Assembly: GCF_964355755.1 (NCBI RefSeq)
Contig: NC_092678.1
Coordinates: forward strand, 5,038,422 to 5,102,421
Reading direction: 5' to 3'
DNA from: Antedon mediterranea
Lineage: Eukaryota > Animalia > Echinodermata
DNA length: 64,000 bases
Part shown: positions 54,286 through 64,000 of the stretch, piece by piece
Layout of the letters: every line of letters starts with the position of its first letter
How positions within the stretch are numbered: position 1 is the stretch's first letter
Notes under the pieces: model-generated
The model's input: the letters and a program-made list of their open reading frames with translations, nothing else
Told to the model about the DNA's origin: nothing
Databases searched by the model: none
Position numbers and translations under genes: made by a program

Positions 54286-55205
54286 ATTAGGTCAAAGTTC
54301 GCATAAATATGGCAGCTAACGGGGCATGTGTGCGTAGTTTGAAATATGCTACTAGGTAGTAACATATATATATTATATATATGGAGATATTGAGAGGGAA
54401 AGTTGCTCTTTAGGTAAAACCAACATCAAACTCTAAAATTGCTCTCTTTCTGAGAACATTTGCCCCTGGTGCAATGTTTGTAACCGTGCAAAAATATGAT
54501 GTATTTATTCAATATTTGCAATATTGAAACTTTTATGTAACCGCTTTTAGGAACTTTCTTTTTTGCAGTCTGTGTCTTCAATTTTTCAAATCATGTTAGT
54601 AAAAATAAAAACTGGAATCTTTTAATAATAATTTTAATAGATTTTAAACAACCTTCTAATTGGGAAGTGGTGATATATTTTTGGTGTCTTTTTTCACTTA
54701 TCTAACTTAATTTTATTCAAAGTAAAATGCTAAGAAACATCTAAAAACTGTCAACAAATAATCGGGTTAAATGATTTATTTTTAACGAAATGATTCCAGT
54801 AATATGAATGTAATTGTTGCTGTACACTTTTTCTATTAAAATTGAAAGAGTAAATTGACAGTTTTTATCAACAGAGATTATATTTATATAAGTATTTTAA
54901 ATATATTCAAACACTTTTTACATATTTAAATGCAATACTAGTGGATAAGTAAGTGAGGCAATACTATATTAATATTGTACTCCATTGAAATATAAATGTA
55001 TAAACACTTGTTGGCATCGGGCAAACCCCCTTTTAATCTGGTTTAATTAACTATAATAACTATCTTACCTGTTAATGCAGTGCATTCTATTTCACCTCTT
55101 TTTAAGTGTTGAATTACTAATATGTTGTAACACCATCCATTCCATATAAGGTATTCCATAAATGGCAACAGGTAGCCAGGGACAGACAGACCTACTGGAA
55201 ATAGA

Positions 55206-55383
55206 TGACCTGCCTTGATGAGTCGGAGGTCATGTGAATTTATAAGGGAGAGGTTCGGATATTATCCACTGCAAATGCATTTTTAAAACATTTCATGACT
55301 TGCCTTGATGAGTCGGAGGTCATGTGAATTTATACGGGAGGGGTTCCGATAATATCCTCTGCAAATGCATTTTTCAAACATTA
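55206..55383. repeat. 90-bp tandem duplication (2 copies)
   Basis: ATGACYTGCCTTGATGAGTCGGAGGTCATGTGAATTTATA... at 55206 and 55296. Confidence 0.8.
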
Positions 55384-55721
55384 TTTCATATGTAAAAATG
55401 GAAATTATTTAGTTGCTATATAGCACATAGACCATGGTGGATGGACGAACAATTACCAATTTTTAATTAATGTTAAAATTGGTTTTTTTTTAATTTCGTT
55501 ATTTCTTGCCATATGGTAAATTATATTTAACCGAGTGCATTTTCAAACTCATTAGTAATTTATGACATAGTATGATATCAGTACTACACTGTGTAATATC
55601 ATTCTTATAAATTTGTTGCCTACTTTTAAATGTAACTTGTTTAAAATTATTTAACATTTACAATAAATAAAAATTGGTAATAATACGGTTGAATTTGATT
55701 TGTTGTCAGTGCAACAATTAA

Positions 55722-55873
55722 GTGTCTTTCACACCTGTTCCGGCACGGTTCCGGTCCGGCGAATCGAACATCAATGTTTCGCTATGCACCAATCGATATG
55801 CGCGTAGCCGCGTGAAAACGAAACATTGACGTTCGATTGGATTTTCCGGCGCCGGAACAGGTGTGAAAGCCCC
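55722..55873. mobile_element. MITE with about 20-bp TIRs and TTAA-like flanks
   Basis: CTTTCACACCTGTTCCGGC ... GCCGGAACAGGTGTGAAAG; flanked by TTAA and TTTA. Confidence 0.7.
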
Positions 55874-57200
55874 TTTAGAGAGGGTGCATTCATGTTCCCC
55901 TCTTATACACAATGCTGGATCCGCCCCTTATCTCAAGGCCTTATTCATGTTTTTGACGAACATTATTTATACAAGTACAAAGCTTTTAGATCATACATAC
56001 AAGTAAACAACTTCAACATCTCAATGCATGAATCAAAATAGGGGCCACACACATTATTAAATTAATCAGATTTATTTAAATAATAAAATACTTAAATAAC
56101 ATTATTAAATAAAAATATTACAATCTTTATTAGAATTAACACGAAAACAACTTGCAATATGTGATAACAATAAACGTGCTACAGAGGTATAAATAACTTT
56201 TACTGCAGAAATTAATCAATATGCTGCAGTAATTGCATCTTATTTGATATTATGGAAGTAGAAACAACAACATTTTAATCTATTGAAGTGCTTTACAATT
56301 AACACCCTCTTAACTTCCAACTATACAAAGTGCAACAATGTTAACAAGAACACCCAACTCCACTCCCCCACGCCCAATTTCAATTTGCAGGAGCTATCAA
56401 AACTGATTAAAAACATCTGAAAATTCACATCCACCCCTCTTAACAATGAAGATTCTCTAATTGTAAACACAATGACTGCTCAGTTGAACAAAATTCAAAA
56501 CATGATAAATAAAACAACACACACTGTTAAAACTTGAAACGCTAAACATTTTAAATAAAATAAATTATAAATCAATTTCTGAATTTAATTGAACTTGTAA
56601 CACATAAAGAAACTTGTAGTGCAAATATAGTGTCGTGTTGCAAATTTAGTAACTAATTATTTAAGCTTTATGTTATCGGCAAGAATATTATTTGTTTTTT
56701 AAACTACCCCTTTTTTCCCTTCACCATATAAATTTAGCATAAAAAAGTGTTAGTAAAACAATGCATGTGAAAATAATAAACAGACACTCACCACTTGAAT
56801 AAATGCCTAATAAATATATAATAATAATGTTAACAAAATCAGTTAAAATTGTATCAAATTACAGTATTATTTCACCTTTTAATTACGAAAATATATTTTC
56901 CCTTTTTGCACCATTTAAATTTAAAAAAAAAAAAAGAAAGAATTTGGTTACAAAAAGTATGGTTTTGGGAGAATTTTGATTTTTTTTTGGAATGGAATAT
57001 TAACAGATTTTTCTTTCAGGATTTGAATAAATAAATTTGAATAAAGATTTATTTGGTCACTAACTATCTAGGAATTAATGAATGCTTAATAAGTACAAAC
57101 AAATAAATTGAGCAAAAAATGGAATGCATCTAAAATATACAGTACTACTATTGTATTAAGTACAAAGAAAATACATAAACAAACATTCTGTCTTTGTAAA

Positions 57201-57601
57201 GGCCCATTTACACTAGGGCGATAACGATCGACGATAAATAGATAAACAATCATAGATTTTTGTTTGCTAAAACAAAAGAAATTAGAACATTTTTCATTCT
57301 AGAACTATAGGATAATCATATATGCTGTATTTAATAAAAATATTATTTTTGAAAAACCAATCAAATGACGTCATGATCAATGAAAGCAATAAAATCGTTG
57401 TATTGTAACAATATTATTGCTCTTACTAATCATGACGTCATTTGATTGGACGTGTGGAAATATTATTTTCATCAAAGGCAGCATAGATGATAATCCTCTA
57501 GTTCTAGGATGAAAACTTTTTAAAATTCTTTTGTTTTAGGTACGAAAAATGCATATTTATCTTTTTATCGTCGATCGTTATCGCCCTAGTGTAAATGGGC
57601 C
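57201..57601. mobile_element. 400-bp fold-back MITE with long TIRs and TTAA-like flanks (Kolobok- or piggyBac-type target)
   Basis: GGCCCATTTACACTAGGGCGATAACGATCGACGATAAA ... TTTATCGTCGATCGTTATCGCCCTAGTGTAAATGGGCC; inner CCAATCAAATGACGTCATGAT is also inverted. Confidence 0.85.
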
Positions 57602-57632
57602 TTAATACTGTAAAAAATGGAACTATGGTATG

Positions 57633-57701
57633 CAGTGGCGTAACATAGAGACCTGAGGTCCCTGGTTTAGCCAGTGAGCGTTCATAGCCGTTACGCCACT
57701 G
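57633..57701. mobile_element. 69-bp hAT-type miniature element with 8-bp TSD
   Basis: TIR CAGTGGCGTAAC / GTTACGCCACTG; TSD ATGGTATG at 57625-57632 and 57702-57709. Confidence 0.85.
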
Positions 57702-58713
57702 ATGGTATGGTTAACATGCAAAAGAACATATAATTAAATGATTTGTATATTTTCAATAATCAAAGTGCAAATATAATAATTAATATAAACGCTGATATTG
57801 CAATGCGAAGAAGCTTTGGAAAGACTAAATTGATAAGATCAGCCTCGACACACACCTAGCAATCATGCTACTGCAGTTACTGCAGTAATCCGTAGGTGAA
57901 ACAGACTATCAAGTTTAACAGAAATGAAGATACTGTAGCAACTATAAAATACTGCAGTAACCAACTATAAATTCACAAAACTCACATTTTCAAAATTGTG
58001 AACCATTCGTTTGTAGAAATTATACTTTTTTTCTTCTTATTTCTATTTTAATAAAAAATATCATTAATGATCCTAAAAATATGTTTCTTTCACCTTGACT
58101 TGAAATTTGAATAATGTTCCCTTCTGTTTACTTCATTTAAGTGCATCATATGTTACATTAATGAGAAGATATTCAGAAATATGAATATAACAATTACTAT
58201 AGTAGAAACAATTGCATTATATTTACATCTTGTTTTCATACACTTACTGGAAGCTCACAAACACTCGGTTAAAAATACTCTACCAAACCTACCACTTACG
58301 TACTGGGTTCACACTCAACTGGAATGGCTCCTCTATTCTCCGCTATTTTCAGACTTGGTGTGAACCATCCTTACTGAATTCGTTCACATATGAGCACTGC
58401 AAAAAGTATTACAAATCAATAGTGACTAGTATAAAGAGTACATCTTTGTATGAATTTTAACAAAATAGCTTCTAAATTTTATAGATGACAACATTCATGA
58501 AGATCTCTGATAGAGACCGAAACGGTCCAAGTTTAACTCCATAATCAAATTAGCTTATTAAAAAAAAGAAATTTTGTCATCTATTATAAAGAGTATATTT
58601 ATGAATTACAATTAGGGAATTTTGCAGGAATGAATTAGCACATGTGTGACTACAGTAAGCTATATTGTTTGAGATTAACATTAGGGCTAAATACAGTAGA
58701 GAACAGTGCTAAC

Positions 58714-61087
58714 TTAAACACCACAGCATCCCCAACCGTCTAATCGTTTCGTATCCATGTTTATGGTGTCGCCTCCGCCAGCTTCAAGCGCTGGCCCACC
58801 TCCGTGCCTCTTCTTCAAAATGGTTGCTAATTGGTAGAATGTGTCGTCCACGTTCGTAGAATCTTTTGCGGATGTCTCCGTGCACATCAGCATACCGTGA
58901 TGGTTAGCCAACGCCTCAGCGTCTGTCAATTTGACTTCCCTTGACGCTTCTAAATCTTTTTTATTCCCTGTAAAAAAATAAAATATAAAACTATTAAAAA
59001 GATGGAAATAAATAAATAGGGATGGGGCAGAAAAATACTCACTAACATATTTAGTAATATCACTACTATGTTTAGGCACATCACACTTTTTGTCAAACTA
59101 GCTTAATAGTGTAAACAGAGCTTAAGAATAAAAAGCTGATCTATCTATCTAATTGTAGATCCTAGTATTGAGCTCTGTCCACACTATCAAACTTTATGTG
59201 ACAAAAACATATGATGTTCCCATATGATGATGTCATATCACTACCATATTTTGCACATCACACATTTTTTGTCAAACTAGTTTGATAGTGTAGACAGAGC
59301 TTAAAAGTGCAGTTACAGTTAATTAATTTCTTAAAAGAAACATCTTAAATACAATTAACTAGATCTGAATAATAGGTAAATTACAATGCCTTTGAAGGCC
59401 AGTTGGCAATTAGATACACAACAATCATTGGTAAAGTTCAACTAATTCAAGTGTCTTTCAAAAACCAATGAAACATGCACAAATTTAATGATAAGATCAA
59501 ATAGCTTAAGTCTGGTTCTTAAGTGAATGTACTTTGGATATGGAATGATAAGAATATAATTATACATGTTGAATTAATTAGATCAAAATGGCACTTTCAC
59601 TGTACGACATGCATCCGACTGTAAATGTCACATGACACTATAAATAACAGACTATTAAACAGGAAAAAAGGTTAAATACTGAATTGCATGTGGACAACAC
59701 ATATACATTACTTTCATCTTCCCTTTTGTGTCATACCAAAAAGCCATACTCATTCGTCTGTCTATTAAACGAATTAGCCCAACAAGATATGCTAGAGGCA
59801 ATGGCGTTAAACTACACACACAGACATCATCCAATTACGTCCATTACATAGTTGATCTATGCTTAAAGCTCTGTCTACATTATCAAACTAGTTTGACATA
59901 ACAAATTGTGATGTGCCCAAATATGGTAGTGATATTTTTAAATGGTAGTGATGACATGATCTTATCCATATGGGCACATGTTTTTGTAGACACACCACTT
60001 GCTTACCTATAAGAACCTGAAGTACGTTGTTGCCAGCATACTTCTGTACATCTTCTATCCAACGTGGTATGTTATTAAATGATTCTTTTTTAGTGATGTC
60101 ATACGCTAATACTACACCATTTGCACTTCTATAGTAACTCTGTGTTATTGTTCGAAACCTTTCCTGTCCTGCGGTGTCCCAAACTTGAAGCTGAAGAGAA
60201 AATGAAAATTATCAACATTTGCTTTCTATACGTGTAGTAATACTAATAATGAATTTACAGTGTATCTAAATGTTTAATCTGTTTTGTAAATTTTCTAAAA
60301 AAAATTATATACTTTTTTAATTTTTTTTTTTTAGTTTTTAATTTAAGAGAAATTATTTAGAGGGTTAGGTTTTTAATATTTAGGAAGGAGTTTAATATTT
60401 AGGAAGGAGTTTTATATTTAGGAACGAGTTTACATTTAGGTACGAGTTTTAGGAATGCAATTTTACCGTACTTTTAGCAAACGGAAGCGCCCTCTAAAAT
60501 TACCGTATCTTTAGTTTTTAAAAGCATGGATACGGTACCGTATGTTTAGCAACGGCGATATCTTTTATGGATGGATGGATGACTATATGATTGGATATAT
60601 GATTATCCTTTAAAAAATGTTAACCAATGTAAAAAAATGCACCAACAAAATATTTTCCCCATTTGTCAAAATAGAGGGGGCTAGAACAATATTATCCTAG
60701 ATCAGCCCTACTACTACTAGGGCCTAGCTAGCTTTATTTTAGGGGAGCCGTAGTTTAGTAGTTAAAATTCTTCTTAAAATTGAAATAACTATAAACTATT
60801 ACTCTACTACCTAAGTCTGTTTTAGATTGTATAATTAACATATTTTAGTTCAAAAGGTGCCATATTAATATACAAACGGTACAAACCTTTACTCTAGCTC
60901 CGTCAATATTTAATGTTTTCATAGTAAAATCTACCCCGATTGTTGCATGCTGTTTCTCGAGGAATGCCCCGGACTTGAACCGCTGAACAACACAAGTTTT
61001 GCCTACACCAGCGTCGCCGATTAATACGATTTTGAACAAGAAATCGAACGAATCATCGGATTCCAGATGGTGTGGATAAGAAGTCAT
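58714..61087 (-). CDS. RAB43: Rab GTPase, Rab43/Rab19 family, 3 coding exons
   Basis: Exons 61087-60887, 60190-60007, 58967-58714. [59 protein letters not shown]-terminal GCCGV. Confidence 0.88.
59171..59302. mobile_element. MITE family A copy
   Basis: AGCTCTGTCCACACTATCAAACT ... AGTTTGATAGTGTAGACAGAGCT. Confidence 0.8.
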
Positions 61088-61962
61088 TTTAGTTTGCAAC
61101 TGCTCTCACAAAATTCTTGATTCTTTTGTTAGTTTTCGTCAAGAAATAACACGAAACATTTTTATGCAATAACTGTAGTCGTGTCGCACTTGATCATCTT
61201 TTATAAATGATGATGTCATAGTTTAGTGGGCATGCGCACTTTGACCTCATATTATTTCTCTTTTGGCGCACCATATCGATTATTGGCAAAAATCCAAAAC
61301 AAAACAAAAATCCGACACAAACAATTACAATTTTGTCATTAAAACTCTAGTTTATTTAAATGTTCTTATTGTTGTAAGTATACCACATTGACGTATATGT
61401 TTATAAAAGACATTCTGATTACGTTAAAATGGTAATTGGCGTTATAATTTAGCAAATGCTGGCCTTTTGGTGTAAGTACTACTACTAGGGCTAGGCCGGC
61501 TCCCTATAAAAACATATTTAGACTGTAAAACGCTCGCCTGTGCCACATGCTTAGCCGCTGCTGTAGAGGCATCATAAACATGGTGCTATGATGCTAGGCC
61601 TAGCAATCAATAAATAACGAATATTCATGACTCCCTGGTAATATTGCATTTAAACATGTTGTATACAGTTTAAATTTATTTTTTATTTTGGTTTTATAGT
61701 GGATTTTCCCAATATTATTCATTGGGGAAAACCCCAAGGAACTGGCCAGTGAAGTATTGGAAAAATCCATGACTATTACACTAGTAACATACAGTATATA
61801 ATTTGCCATTGGATTTTCAAAATCTAATCTAATAATAATATACTTTTTTTTTCAGAGCACATTTTATGGGAATTACAATGACGTTGTAAAGGAAAGCGTT
61901 AATTATTATGTTAAATGTTGTACACCACTAGCAAGTGCATGCTGGTATTCTACTAAGTTCCG

Positions 61963-64000
61963 ATGCATTCACTTCGTTATTTCACAAGTCATCTCCTTGT
62001 AATTCCGGTTGAGGGCATTAACAGAATGAAAACCAAATTTAAATGTAACGTAAATCTCCTTGGAGTTGTGGACATATTTGTGCTTCTTGTAGCGGTGTGT
62101 TCAGGTCTCTATTCCAGCTGGTACCACACAAACAGCCTCCTCATCTTTGTTATCATCATATTTGGTGTTCTCATCTTTGCTTTCAGTAGTATATTCTATT
62201 ATTATTTCAACCTACAGGACATAAGCGCAAGTTTTAGTCATTTGTGGTTCGGATGTCTTCTAGGAATGATCGCTTTTTTCAACGACAGTAGCTTCGACGA
62301 GGACAAACCGACGATGGTGACAAATATATTATTAATAACGAGCCTTGGTGTGAAAATAATTTGGTCGTTTATGCAACGAGCGTGTGGAAGTGCGGTTTAT
62401 AAATCTCGAGTACTAACGCAAGCTGAGAAGTTTGAATTTCTTGGATTTGGTGTGGCTTGTGTTCTTAGTTCAGATTACATGACAAGCATGTGGCTATTGG
62501 TCATCGCAAACATGTTAATGATAATCATGCTGCGGTTTAAAGTATCATTCGCTATACCGTGCGTTATACTCTTCTACGCAATAAGTACTTTGTTTTTCTT
62601 TAAAGCAATACCGGCCAAGTTAAGTCATTGGGCGTTGCTGTGCTTCACTGGTAGACTTTTATGCGACCCTTTCTTCGATTTGTACTACAATGGGTTATCT
62701 GCGCTCGAGAGGTGGCAGTGTTTTTCTAGCCTTCCGCGTTATCAACACAGGTTTTTAATTTTGTGCGTTATAGCCTTTGAAATATACTTTTTCCAATCAG
62801 CTGGGTACGTTATTGTATCCAATGAGGAGTGGTATCTGTCTATACCTCTGTTCTGTCTGTCTGGTGTAATATGGATGTGTTTACATGTAATATTTGTTCT
62901 TACGTTTTGGACTTTTTGTAATAAACTAAGCGAGTGCAATAGTGTGTTGAAAACGAATCAAGAAACGAACACCAATTTATCAACTGTGATGGCGTCCAAA
63001 GGATTGAGGTACTTTGCGCTCGTCTCAAAGTACATCATTTTAAGCGTGTTTTTAAGTACTTTGCTGCTAGGTGCTGCATCGTGGCAAGCGACAAACACGC
63101 ATTTCATGGCTAGTATCCTGACTGTTTTACCGCTGGAGGCAATGTTTCACGGTATATTACAAGAGTTAGGTGGATTGCTCGGTGGCACCTGCACTAGCTA
63201 CGCAGTCATTGGACCATCTGGTTTTTGCAGGTACACTTTATCTTTCTAATGTACATTTAAAATTAATTTTATAATAACTTTAATTTATTTATGTTCTTTG
63301 CCATAGTTAGGATAGGATAGTCAGACGCCACTTTCACTTGAGTTCCTCTGAATTCTGTTCCGGCAGGCTGCTATGTGGGAGCTTCAAAGTACTGGAGATT
63401 GGTGTTTATGGTTCCTCCGCACCATTTCCAATTTGCTTTTGGTTGATATAAAAATTACATGTTTTTCTTCAGAGCTGATCGAATGCCCGTCTTGTTACCA
63501 AGCAATGCCATAGAAGAACAGAGTCGTCGGTCCGTGAACATCTTGAACAGCATTCAGCGGTTTCTCGTCCACCACATGATTGATGTTTTCAGTTGCGACT
63601 TCTCCAGTGGTGGCATTGCCATAGATTCTTTACAGACGAAAATGAAGGGTTTTTTGGCACGAAGGACTAATGACGGGCCACGGTTTGATACCTATCTCAT
63701 TTACTACAGTGGACATGTGCATACAAATGGTGACTGGGCTCTAGCAGGTATGTGTTTTACCTCTCTAATTTATCTGGTTTCTGTAAAATACGTTATCAGA
63801 ACCTTCATAAATTCCTCAATCTGCCAAATTTCATCCTTTTGCCAAAACTGGCGTGCAGTGTTTAACAACTTTAAAAATTGTTTTATTTTTAGATGATGGT
63901 ATTTTGAAATTTGAAACGTTGTTAACATGGTGGCGCGAGGCTGACGCAGAATCCGGATCACGTTTGATCATCGTCTTAGACACGAAACATCATGCTGGGT
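61963..64000 (+). CDS. TMEM168: Transmembrane protein 168 (partial; runs off the window)
   Basis: Exons 61963-63230, 63473-63747, 63893-end. Multi-pass hydrophobic region; HLWFG, MASKGLRYF, LGGTC, DTYLIYYSGH..GDWALAG match TMEM168. Confidence 0.88.

Noticed and set aside
55206-55383. Hammerhead ribozyme or C/D snoRNA in the TGATGAG-containing duplication
   Set aside because: Lacks the CTGATGA...GAAA core and a D box; treated as a plain duplication.

Overview
AT-rich, intron-containing animal (probably invertebrate) genomic DNA, not prokaryotic. Host genes from left to right: the first coding exon of a CCHC zinc-knuckle (CNBP-like) gene; two unrecognised ORFs (an MGC-start disordered protein and an acidic coiled-coil CaaX protein); IMP4 (-) head-to-head with ISY1 (+); HDHD5/CECR5 (+); RAB43 (-) head-to-head with TMEM168 (+). 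Over half the window (18675-52876, 34,202 bp) is a head-to-tail array of four intact Ty3/Gypsy retrotransposons with PNMA-like Gag. They share five LTRs, are bounded by a single 4-bp TSD (TTAT) and lie antisense in HDHD5 intron 5. The LTRs are unusual in two ways. (1) The U3 end is a 43-bp minisatellite whose copy number or variant order differs in every LTR (21/8/32/8/8 units) and appears to record how the array was built. (2) They carry an exact 109-bp duplication running from the predicted TSS to a splice donor, which frames a 466-nt candidate intron holding the only poly(A) hexamer I found. This suggests splice-controlled polyadenylation with an LTR rebuilt at each reverse transcription, which is inference and untested. 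Also present: a 35-copy array of an IMP4 exon-end/5' splice site and several MITE families. Coordinates were counted by eye; no searches were run.
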